Part shown: positions 20,511 to 29,353 of the stretch, one piece after another
How positions within the stretch are numbered: position 1 is the first letter of the stretch
How the letters are laid out: each line of letters begins with the position of its first letter
Source of the DNA: Synechococcus elongatus PCC 6301
Lineage (GTDB): Bacteria > Cyanobacteriota > Cyanobacteriia > Synechococcales > Synechococcaceae
NCBI RefSeq assembly: GCF_000010065.1
Contig: NC_006576.1
Location: 2,190,001 to 2,222,000 of the forward strand
Reading direction: 5' to 3'
DNA length: 32,000 nucleotides
Notes under the pieces: model-generated
What the model was told of the DNA's origin: nothing
Databases searched by the model: none
Seen by the model: the letters and a program-made list of their open reading frames with translations, nothing else
Made by a program: the position numbers and the translations under genes

Positions 20511-21507
20511 TCTAGACGTCGCGCTGCTACCGAATCACTGGTACGCGATCGCTGCCAGTACTGATCTGGGTTCCACACCGATCGCAGCGTCGCTACTCGA
20601 TCAACAGCTGGTGGTCTATCGCACTACTGCTGGACAAGTTGTGGTGCTCGACGATCGCTGCCCCCACCGTGGGGCTTCGCTAGCCTGCGGTCAGGTCAAG
20701 GGCAACGCGATTGCCTGTCCCTATCACGGTTGGCAATTTGATCTCGATGGTCATTGCGCTCAGATTCCATCTCAGCAGGCTTCGGCACGAATTCCCCAAG
20801 CGGCAAAAGTGGCGAGCTATCCTGTCCAGGAGCGCTATGGCTTGATTTGGGTGTTCACCGGCGATCGCGATCGGGCGGCACAAACGCCGTTGTGGGAACT
20901 GCCGGAATATGACCAAGCCGGTTGGCGGGTGGTTCAAGGTCAGTTCGATTGGGCGGCAGACTATCGTCGCGTTACCGAAAATGGCATGGATGTGGCCCAT
21001 TCACCCTTCGTGCATGCCAATTCCTTTGGTGCTAGCGGCAATGAAGTGATCGCCGATTTTGAGTTGGAAAAGAGCGATCTCGGCGCCCAAATCTGGATTC
21101 CGATCGAGCCGAAGGCGAACTATCGTGGCAGCTTCAACCTGCTAGGACGCAAGCAAGAAACCCCCAAGGCAGGGCGATCGGGGGCAGCCTTTCACTTACC
21201 GAACATCACTCGTATCGATATTGAATTCGGCAACTTTCATTTGATCTTGGTCGGTATTCACCAGCCGATCTCGGCCACAACGACCCGTAGTCACTGGCTC
21301 CATGTCCGCAATTTCTTGACGGCAGGCTGGGCGGATGGTGGGACACGCAAACGCACCGCCAAGCTTTTTCAGGAAGATCAAAAGATCATTGAGGGGATTG
21401 CTCCTCTGCGCGATCGCAATGAAATTTCGGTTGCCTCCGATCGCCTGCAACTCTACTACCGCCAGCTCTGGCAACAGCACCATTCCTCCCTCGTCGCCCA
21501 AGGCTGA
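20503..21507 (+). CDS. Rieske [2Fe-2S] oxygenase, PaO/Cao-like family (copy 1)
   Basis: Start ATG 20503. CPHRGASLACGQVKGNAIACPYHGWQFD (CxH...CxxH Rieske ligands); NGMDVAHSPFVH (mononuclear iron region). Confidence 0.88.
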   Translation: MANLDVALLPNHWYAIAASTDLGSTPIAASLLDQQLVVYRTTAGQVVVLDDRCPHRGASLACGQVKGNAIACPYHGWQFDLDGHCAQIPSQQASARIPQAAKVASYPVQERYGLIWVFTGDRDRAAQTPLWELPEYDQAGWRVVQGQFDWAADYRRVTENGMDVAHSPFVHANSFGASGNEVIADFELEKSDLGAQIWIPIEPKANYRGSFNLLGRKQETPKAGRSGAAFHLPNITRIDIEFGNFHLILVGIHQPISATTTRSHWLHVRNFLTAGWADGGTRKRTAKLFQEDQKIIEGIAPLRDRNEISVASDRLQLYYRQLWQQHHSSLVAQG

Positions 21508-21510
21508 ACC

Positions 21511-22548
21511 ATGTTTCTCAAGAACTACTGGTATCCCGTGGCGCTGGCTCAGAAGGTCGGCGATCGCCCCCTGTCTGTCACTCTCTGCGGTGAAGCGATC
21601 GCCCTCTACCGCGACAGTGCGGGTCAAATTCACGCCTTGAGCGATCGCTGTGTGCATCGGGGTGCAGCACTTTCCGGCGGCTGGGTTGAAAATGACTGTC
21701 TCGTCTGTCCGTACCACGGTTGGCAGTACGACGCCCAAGGGCACTGCCGCAAAATTCCTGCCAATACGGAGCAACAGCGCATTCCCTTTGCAGCCAAAGT
21801 TCCCCACTATGATGCGATCGAACGCTACGGCCTAGTCTGGCTGTTCTACGGCGATCTACCTGAAGCGGATCGTCCACCCTTGCCGCCCTTGCCGGAATAC
21901 GACGATCCAGCCTGGCGCACCGTGCAGGGTGAAGTGACCTACACCACCCACTACACCCGCGTCACCGAAAACCTGATGGATTTCGCCCATGCACCCTTCA
22001 CCCACTCGGGTTCGTTTGGGGCAGCGTCCGATCCATTAATTGAGCCTTACAAAGTCGAACAACTTCCAGACGGTCTACGCGCCCAAACCCAGTTCACAAA
22101 TCGGCCTATCGCGGCATTTGGAAGCTGTTCAATCGTGGCGATGCCCCACGTACCGTCACCACCACAATCACCCTTTACATGCCCTGCATCGTCCGCACCG
22201 AAACGGACTTAGGCAACGGCTTCCGCTTCATTGGCTACGGTGCCAATCTGCCGATCGATGCCGAGACCACCAAGACCTTTTGGCTGACCGTGCGCACCTT
22301 CTTTACCGGTGCTTGGGCGGATGGCGACACGGTGCGCCGCAGTCTCAAAATCATCGAAGAGGACAAACGGATCGTCGAAACCCAGCGTCCCAAGATGATT
22401 CCCTTGGACGATCGCAGTGAAACCCACGTCGCCGCTGATGCCCTACAAATCGGGCTACCGCAACTTGCTGCGACAAGCCCGCGATCGCGGTTGGGCAATT
22501 GCCGAATCTCAGCCAGCCGATCAGGAACTGGTGCCCGCCGCTAAGTAG
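21511..22548 (+). CDS. Rieske [2Fe-2S] oxygenase, PaO/Cao-like family (copy 2), with two apparent frameshifts as given
   Basis: CVHRGAALSGGWVENDCLVCPYHGWQYD and NLMDFAHAPFTH in frame 1; continuation SAYRGIWKLFNRGDAPRTVTTTITLYMPCIVRTETDLGNGF...DALQIG in frame 2; end GYRNLLRQARDRGWAIAESQPADQELVPAAK* in frame 3 (stop 22546-22548). Confidence 0.85.
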
Positions 22549-23759
22549 TCACCCAGCAGTTTCACTGCTTTAGAAACCCCATTCTCTGCCCGTAGCCGTT
22601 CCCCGATCGCCTGCGCCCGCGATCGCATTTGCGGATCGCTGACGGCTTGGGCGATCGCAGTCGCCAGAGTCTCAGCCGTCAAACCCTCGCGGGTAATTGG
22701 GGATGGCCCTGCCCCTAGTTCTGCGACCCGCTTGCCCCAAAAGGCTTGGTCATTGCCGTAGGCCGTGATGATTGTTGGCAACCCTGCCTGCAAACTCGCT
22801 GCCGTGGTACCACAACCACCGTGATGCACTGCCGCTGCGAGGCGCGGAAACAGCAGGCCAAAGGGCGCGGACTCTAGTGGAAACACCGTGTCTGGTAGCT
22901 GAGAGCGGTCGATCCGGCTCCAGCCTGCTAGCAAAATGCCCCGCTGATTACTTTTCTGCAGCGCTTCGACTGCGATCGCGGTCAACCGCTCCGGTTCTTG
23001 GTCGACCATGCTGCCAAAGCCAATGAACACCGGCGGCTCACCCGCTGCTAGAAAGGCTTCCAGTTCGGGTGAGAGCGTTGCCTCAGCTTCCGGTAGCAGC
23101 CAATAACCCGTCAGATGCGCTTGCTCTGGCCAGTCTGCAGGTTTCGGCAAGGTCACTTCACTGAGTGGATGCAAGAAGACTTGCCCTCTGCGCACCAGCT
23201 GTTTGTAAGGACTGCTCCAACTCAAGGGCTTCAGTCCTAGATCAGAAATGCGCCACTCGTTGACCGTCTTGCGAGTCGCCACCCAGAGCAATTTATCGAC
23301 GGCATAGTGACTGAGCCAATTGCCCCAGCCACCTCCCAGCATGAAGTTCGGCGGAAACCAAGGGCTCGCAAAGGCTTGGGTAAACCCGTAGGGCGTGGGC
23401 GATCCCAGAAAGCAAGGAATCTTCAGCGCTTCGGCAATATGAGTCGCACCCCGCGCATTCGGCGAAGCCACGATCGCATCCGCATCCTGACAAGCCGCCC
23501 AAGAATCCTTGAGAATCTGGCCTAGCAGCTGCGCTGCCGCCGCGACCGTTTCCTTGGAGTAAGCGCCTGATTGCTGCTGCACCCCTTGGGGATCACCCGC
23601 CACCAACCGAAACTCCAGCCCCAGCCCTTCCACCATCGACTGATAGTTGGTTGCGTGGCGATCGCCACCTCATAGCCCGCCGCTTTCAGCCCCAAACCCA
23701 GCGCCATAAACGGTTGGACGTCACCGCGCGTCCCAATCGTTCAGAATGACAATCCGCAT
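22521..23759 (-). CDS. UGT-like glycosyltransferase (sterol/macrolide glycosyltransferase-like), N-terminal coding region broken by apparent frameshifts
   Basis: Long ORF 22521-23636 with CFLGSPTPYGFTQAFASPWFPPNFMLGG and C-terminal PVFIGFGSMVDQEPERL...LFPRLAAAVHHGGCGTTAASLQAGLPTIITAYGNDQAFWGKRVAELGAG. Upstream reverse frames give MRIVIL[TIGTR]GDVQPFMALGLGLKAAGYEVAIA (start 23759). Confidence 0.88.
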
Positions 23760-23907
23760 CACTGAATACCCATCCTCCCAGACCTCAACGTCCTATCACC
23801 AGACCAACTCTTTAGCCCATATCAGGATGCTGGCTCCGACAAGTTGACTAATTGCGCAGCTAGGCTCTCACCAGTCAAAACCCCACCGACCCTCCTTTTG
23901 CGGGGGG

Positions 23908-23962
23908 CTGGGGGAGTCGAGGCCCCCAGTGCGTGGGTGTGGGGGTGCGCAATCACCCCCAC
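23908..23962. repeat. Two adjacent perfect G/C-rich inverted repeats (hairpins) in an intergenic gap
   Basis: CTGGGGG (23908-23914)/CCCCCAG (23923-23929), and GTGGGGGTG (23939-23947)/CACCCCCAC (23954-23962). Confidence 0.6.
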
Positions 23963-24007
23963 GGACAGAGGCTTTAGATGTCTTCACCAGCAGACCCTCG
24001 CAATCCT

Positions 24008-24700
24008 TTACGCCGCTGGACGAGTTAACAGCAGCATTTGCGTTTCGCCATAGACCGGATCTCGCACCGCTTTCAGTTCCGCCGGAATTCCCGCTGCCGT
24101 CAGATCGCTCAGCAGCTGTGCCACGTAGGCATGGCTGCCGCCGCCACTGCCCCGCGTCGGGGAAATGCGCACCTCGCGATCGCAAACCCGATAGAGCTCC
24201 AGCACCGATTGGTAGTGGAAGGGATAGTTAAAACCGTCATCGCTGGCGTAGATGAACAGGAAGTTGCCGCAGAGGACGCGATCGAACTGGCGATCGTCGA
24301 AAGGCAAGACCGGCAGTGCCGCTTGAATGTAGCGATCGCGATTGGCTTCAAAATCCGCAAGAAATCCAGCTGCTGCCTGACGTGCCGAGCCTTCCACCAA
24401 GGCAGGATCTGGTGCCGCATCGCCCAACTGGGCCGAGATGATCGGGAATAGCTGCACAACCGTATCGATATCGGCCTCGATCCGCTGCCGCACGACTTCC
24501 AGATCGGGGTCATAGGCCGGATCGACTCCGATCGCTGCGATTCCGAGTGCATTGGCCTCCGATACAAACGAGGCAGGCCCGCCCGAGCAGTCGAGGATGC
24601 GATCGCCCTGCCAGTCCGTCGCCTGAAAGCCAAAAATTTGCTCGTACTGGGCCAGGGTCCGGCCGTAAACACAAACTGAAGTGGAGACCGAGTCAGCCAT
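24008..24700 (-). CDS. SAM-dependent methyltransferase-like protein
   Basis: RILDCSGGPASFVSEANALGIAAIGVDPAY (motif I-like, ends in acidic residue), LPVLPFDDRQFDRVLCGNFLFIY. Confidence 0.65.
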   Translation of the reverse strand: MADSVSTSVCVYGRTLAQYEQIFGFQATDWQGDRILDCSGGPASFVSEANALGIAAIGVDPAYDPDLEVVRQRIEADIDTVVQLFPIISAQLGDAAPDPALVEGSARQAAAGFLADFEANRDRYIQAALPVLPFDDRQFDRVLCGNFLFIYASDDGFNYPFHYQSVLELYRVCDREVRISPTRGSGGGSHAYVAQLLSDLTAAGIPAELKAVRDPVYGETQMLLLTRPAA

Positions 24701-24721
24701 TGCCGCAGCTCTTAACTGCGG

Positions 24722-25933
24722 TCATTCTAGGGGCTGACGCGATCGCGGCAAGAGCAAGAGAACTGCGATCGCATTCAAAGCAGCCAAACTCCAGAAGAAG
24801 GGATCCGCACCGCCGCGATCGTAAACAACGCCCAAGATCAGCGGGCCAATCACCTGGGCGAGGCTCTGCCAGCCCTGGACACTGCCCAAGACCTGACCCT
24901 GTTCCTCAGCCGTGACACGCCGCGAAAACAAGCCGCTCAAGGCTGGAATCACAAAGCCGCCGAACAGCGCTGTCAAAATCTGAGCCGGATAGAGCTGGCT
25001 TCCTGGAGTGGGCACCTGTGCCAGCCAGAGATAGCCAACGGCCATGCCGCCCAGCCCTATCAACGCCAAGCCCTTTTCTTGGAAGTAGGGCAGTAGCCGC
25101 CCGAAGATCAATCCTTGCCCGAGTGCTGACGTAAATCCACCCGCAATCAAGACACCCGCCACTTGCAACGGTGTCCAGCCAAAGCGATTTTGGACGAACA
25201 GCACAAACAGACTGGTGAAGCCGGCAAAGGCAAAGTTATAGATGAAGGCACTTGCTAGCGATCGCCGTAGTTTGGGGTTACGACTCACTGCCCAGAGCTG
25301 TTTAAGCGGATTGAGATCTTGCCAAGGCACAATGCGGCGACGCTCCGGTGGCAGCGATTCCACGACGGTGAACACCGTTAGGGCTGCGTTGATGAAGGCC
25401 AGAATTGCAGCGAACCAAATTGGTAGCCGCAGGTTAATGCCTGAAAGAAGGCCGCCCAGTGCCGGCCCAAACAAAAAGCCCAATCCGAAGGCTGCACCAA
25501 TCCAGCCAAATTGAGTCGATCGCTTCAGGGGATCCGACTCGCGATCGGCAATGTAGGCTTGGGCGATCGCAAACACCCCACCCGCTAATCCGGCCAAAAT
25601 CCGTGCCGCAAATAACAGCGGTAGATTCTCAACTAAACTCCCTACCGCAAGTAGCACATAGGCCAGTCCCGTAAACACCAGCGTCAGGATCAGTGGCGGG
25701 CGACGACCAAAGCGATCGGAGAGCGAGCCCAGAACGGGCGTCGAAATAAACTGCGCCAAGGTGTAGACGCTGGCAAATGCACCGAGCAGAAAAGCATTGC
25801 TGCCAAAGGGGCGGAGCAGTTCCGGCAGGATCGGCAGCAGTAACGTTACCCCCAAGGCATCCATGAAGACGTTGAGCGCAACTGAGAAGAAGGCGAGGCG
25901 TTGGCGGGCCATAAGCGGGGGAAATACTGCCAC
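24722..25933 (-). CDS. Major facilitator superfamily transporter, TetA-like drug/small-molecule efflux type
   Basis: VALNVFMDALGVTLLLPILPELLRPFG, PVLGSLSDRFGRRPPLILTL, ADRESDPLKRSTQFGWIGAAFGLGFLFGPALGGLL; 12 hydrophobic segments. Confidence 0.88.
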   Translation of the reverse strand: MAVFPPLMARQRLAFFSVALNVFMDALGVTLLLPILPELLRPFGSNAFLLGAFASVYTLAQFISTPVLGSLSDRFGRRPPLILTLVFTGLAYVLLAVGSLVENLPLLFAARILAGLAGGVFAIAQAYIADRESDPLKRSTQFGWIGAAFGLGFLFGPALGGLLSGINLRLPIWFAAILAFINAALTVFTVVESLPPERRRIVPWQDLNPLKQLWAVSRNPKLRRSLASAFIYNFAFAGFTSLFVLFVQNRFGWTPLQVAGVLIAGGFTSALGQGLIFGRLLPYFQEKGLALIGLGGMAVGYLWLAQVPTPGSQLYPAQILTALFGGFVIPALSGLFSRRVTAEEQGQVLGSVQGWQSLAQVIGPLILGVVYDRGGADPFFWSLAALNAIAVLLLLPRSRQPLE

Positions 25934-26025
25934 GATTCACGCAGGCTCAGCCAAGCCTGTCAATTCAGACGAGTGAACTGCGATCGCCCCCTAAGATCAA
26001 AAGCGGCGCAATTCCCCCAGAATGC

Positions 26026-26607
26026 ATGGACGCAATGGAATTCTTCCGGCAGAGTGCCGGTCAGTGGCGATCGCAGCGAACCACCCATCACCTTGCCTTT
26101 CGGCGAGCAGAGAATGGTGACTCCAGCATCTCGGTAGAAGCCCTAGAGAAAGACGATCCGCGCGTCATTGAGATCTGCACCATGCATGAGGTCGATCCGG
26201 CTACCGCGATCGGGGGAGCTTACGTCAGTTGGCAAGGGTCGATGGAATGGGATCGCGACGCGGAAGGCCATTCCGGGACGACTGTATTTGCGCTCGTACC
26301 CGATGATGCCAGTGGCCGCAGTGGTCAACTTCTGCGCGAGCGGGGCTATGCCGAAATCGTGCCGGTGATCGGTCGCTTCGAGCTCGATGAGAACAACAAC
26401 CTCAACCTCGTGACCGACTACGAAACCATGAGTGCTGTCGAGCAATTTTGGTTTATGGGGCCTAGCCTACGCCTCCGAGCCAGTACGGTGACTCGCTTTG
26501 GGGGGCTGAGCACCGCAGCTTTCTGTGCGGAAGTGCGTCAGACCGAAGCTGCAGCCGACAGTGAACCCCTAAAAGCGGATCAGCTCTACTCCAGCTTGGG
26601 TTGGTAG
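26026..26607 (+). CDS. Phycobiliprotein lyase, CpcS/CpeS family
   Basis: MDAMEFFRQSAGQWRSQRTTHHLAFRRAENGDSSISVEAL...YAEIVPVIGRFELDENNNLNLVTDYETMSAVEQFWFMGPSLRLRASTV (EQFWF...NLRLR-type signature). Confidence 0.85.
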   Translation: MDAMEFFRQSAGQWRSQRTTHHLAFRRAENGDSSISVEALEKDDPRVIEICTMHEVDPATAIGGAYVSWQGSMEWDRDAEGHSGTTVFALVPDDASGRSGQLLRERGYAEIVPVIGRFELDENNNLNLVTDYETMSAVEQFWFMGPSLRLRASTVTRFGGLSTAAFCAEVRQTEAAADSEPLKADQLYSSLGW

Positions 26608-26729
26608 GAAAAGCAGCGATCGTTAAGCTCTGTAAGAATTTCGCGGTTGAATTCCGGTGGCGTTCCCCGACGCCGATATGATTGGGCTTAATCTTCGCAA
26701 GAATTCGTAAGGTTAGGGAGTTTTATTGC

Positions 26730-27482
26730 GTGGCCCTTCCCCTCTTGAACTACGCGCCAACAACGCAAAATTCGCGCGTAGCTGGCTTCGAAGTTCCTGG
26801 CGACGAGCAGCCAAAACAGTACAACACCGAAGACCAGTACTCACCGGTCCAATTTGATGAAGTGATTCAGGCGGCCTATCGCCAAATCTTCTTCCACGCC
26901 TTCAAGTGCGATCGCCAAACTGTTCTGGAATCGCAGCTGCGGAATGGTCAAATCACCGTTCGCGATTTCATCCGTGGGCTGTTGCTCTCTGCAACCTTCC
27001 GTTCCAGTTTCTACGACAAGAACAGTAACTATCGTTTTGTCGAGCAAGTGGTCCAACGGGTGTTGGGTCGCGATGTTTACGGCGAACGGGAAAAAATTGC
27101 TTGGTCTTTGGCCGTTGCAACCCAAGGCTATGAAGGGTTCATCGACACTCTGCTCAACAGCGATGAATACCTGAGCAATTTCGGCTACGACAAGGTGCCT
27201 TACCAACGTCGTCGCGTCCTGCCGGGTCGCGCCCTGGGCGAAACCCCGTTCAACATCAAATCGCCCCGCTACGACAGCTACTACCGCACGATTCTCGGCT
27301 TCCCGAAAGCCGTCTTCGCCGGTGGTCCTGGCAAGCGCTTCCCTGCGCAATACCTCAGTGCCAAAGCGGGTGATCCAGGTGCCTACTTGGCCTTGGCTCG
27401 CAGCATCGGTGCTCGTGGTCAAGCCCTGAGTGCTTCGGCGGATATCGATTACCTCAGCAAAGTCCCTTACCGCAAGCGCTAA
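26730..27482 (+). CDS. cpcG: Phycobilisome rod-core linker polypeptide
   Basis: GTG at 26730 gives the typical N-terminus (V/M)[27 protein letters not shown]...; PBS_linker: [78 protein letters not shown]. Confidence 0.93.
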
Positions 27483-27517
27483 AGGATCGGGTCACTCCCT
27501 AACCATTAGCGTTGCCG

Positions 27518-27557
27518 AAGCTGTTGCTTTCTTTGAGAGCAGCAGCTTTGTTTTTTG
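27518..27557 (+). terminator. Probable intrinsic terminator of cpcG
   Basis: AAGCTGTTGCT (27518-27528) pairs with AGCAGCAGCTT (27538-27548) with one G-T pair, followed by TGTTTTTT. Confidence 0.75.
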
Positions 27558-27644
27558 CAGGATCTGGACTGCCAGCGTGAGCGCTAAGCAAGACAGAAAG
27601 CCACCTTGCCGAGCGCTCGTGATTTTCCCCACTCGCATGAGGAT

Positions 27645-29237
27645 TTATCGTTGCCAACTCGCAATCAGACTGAGGGGATTATGGCGATCGCCGGTTAACT
27701 GAACGCCGCGTTGATTGGCTTCGAGATGGCGCAGGATTTTGTAGATCGTTTCAATCTGCTCACTCTGACCTAAATCGTCTGCGATCGCTGCGATCGAGAG
27801 TGGTTGTCCCTGTTGGAGCAACTCCACAATCTGGCGCTGGATCTCGAGAACACCGGCAGCAGCCTTTTTGCCGGCTTCCACCCCCGGCTGGTGATAGGCA
27901 TTGATGCCAACCAAGCTGGCATAGAGTCCCACCGCCCGTTCATACAGCGCGATCAAGGCCCCCACCTGTTGTGCATCAACGCGCGGCACCGTAATCGTGA
28001 TCGACTCACGCCCATTTTCGTAAAGCGCCGCGCGGGTGCCTTGAAGCAGCCCGCTGAGATAGTCGCCACTGGTGATGCCAGGCTCCACGACTGGCGACGG
28101 CCCCTGTCGGTCTTCGAGCACCTCGATAAACGTGGCAAAGAAGTTAGGAATGCCCTCGCGCAGTTGCTGGACGTAGGCATGTTGATCGGTCGAGCCTTTG
28201 TTGCCGTAAACGGCGATGCCTTGGTGAACTACCTTGCCGAGCAGATCGCGCTCCTTGCCCAGTGACTCCATGATCAACTGCTGCAGATAGCGGCTAAACA
28301 GCAGCAGGCTGTCCTTGTAGGGCAGGATGACCATGTCTTTTTTGCCTTGCCCATTGCCGGCCCAGTACCAGCTCAAAGCCAAGAGCGCTGCCGGATTTTG
28401 TCGCAAATCGGAATGGCGGGTCAGGGCGTCCATTTGCCGCGCCCCGGCCAGCATGGCGGTGATGTCGATGCCCAGTAGGGCTGCCGAGAGTAGACCGACT
28501 GCAGATAGTTCAGAGGTGCGGCCGCCCACCCAGTCTTCCATGGGGAAACGGGCCAGCCATCTTTCTGTGATCGCTACATGATCGAGATGGCTCCCCACCC
28601 CTGTGACGGCGACAGCTTGGGGCGCAAAGGCAATCCCTCGCTGGGCAAAGGCGGACTGAACCTCCAGCATGCCGTTGCGGGTTTCGGGAGTGCCGCCAGA
28701 TTTGGAAATAACGATTACTAAGGTGGAAGCAAGGCGATCGCCGAGATCAGCTAAAACGCGATCGAAGCCAGCTGGATCGGTGTTGTCAAAGAAGTGAATC
28801 TGGAGCAGTGCCGCTTGAGGCCGGAGGGCTTCTGAGACAAACTGCGGCCCTAGGGCCGACCCGCCAATGCCAATTGAGAGAATGTCGGTGAAGCGGGAGC
28901 CGGTGGGTGGCCGCAACACGCCACTGTGTACTTTGAGGGCGAAGTCTTGGATCGCGGCCAGCGTGTCGCGAATTTGGGTCTGCAGCTCCGGTGTGGGTGC
29001 CAGCTCAGGATCGCGCAGCCAGTAGTGGCCGACCATCCGCTGTTCATCGGGGTTGGCGATCGCTCCGGCCTCGAGCTCTGCCATCGCCGCAAAGGCGTGC
29101 TGGAACTTGGGCTGCATGCTAGTAACGAAAGCGTCATCGAATCCCATGCGGCTGATGTCGAGGTAAAACTCCAGCGAGGGATCGTAGTAGAGCCAATCGA
29201 GGTAGCGTTGCCAGAGCTGCTGGGCGGTCATAGACAA
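27645..29237 (-). CDS. pgi: Glucose-6-phosphate isomerase
   Basis: 530 aa; [82 protein letters not shown]. Confidence 0.95.
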   Translation of the reverse strand: MSMTAQQLWQRYLDWLYYDPSLEFYLDISRMGFDDAFVTSMQPKFQHAFAAMAELEAGAIANPDEQRMVGHYWLRDPELAPTPELQTQIRDTLAAIQDFALKVHSGVLRPPTGSRFTDILSIGIGGSALGPQFVSEALRPQAALLQIHFFDNTDPAGFDRVLADLGDRLASTLVIVISKSGGTPETRNGMLEVQSAFAQRGIAFAPQAVAVTGVGSHLDHVAITERWLARFPMEDWVGGRTSELSAVGLLSAALLGIDITAMLAGARQMDALTRHSDLRQNPAALLALSWYWAGNGQGKKDMVILPYKDSLLLFSRYLQQLIMESLGKERDLLGKVVHQGIAVYGNKGSTDQHAYVQQLREGIPNFFATFIEVLEDRQGPSPVVEPGITSGDYLSGLLQGTRAALYENGRESITITVPRVDAQQVGALIALYERAVGLYASLVGINAYHQPGVEAGKKAAAGVLEIQRQIVELLQQGQPLSIAAIADDLGQSEQIETIYKILRHLEANQRGVQLTGDRHNPLSLIASWQR

Positions 29238-29353
29238 GCTGGGAGCGACCTCGCTAGTCTATCGGCGCGATCGCGGTTTTCTGTGTGCGATCGCCCAGAA
29301 CTTTTCCAGTTTTTACGCTCTGCGCCTTGGTTAGCCGACTGCAGTGGCTAGTT

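Noticed and set aside
15227-22548. Programmed ribosomal frameshifting in murJ or the second Rieske gene
   Set aside because: No obvious slippery heptamer plus pseudoknot at the junctions; simple single-base indels restore the reading frames, so errors or mutations are more likely.
18970-25933. Phage-defence island or integrated mobile element
   Set aside because: No integrase, transposase, nuclease, restriction-modification, toxin-antitoxin or direct-repeat boundary seen; gene content is metabolic/transport.
27430-27702. 90-aa plus-strand ORF between cpcG and pgi
   Set aside because: Overlaps the cpcG end, its terminator hairpin and the pgi 3' end; translation has no recognisable features.
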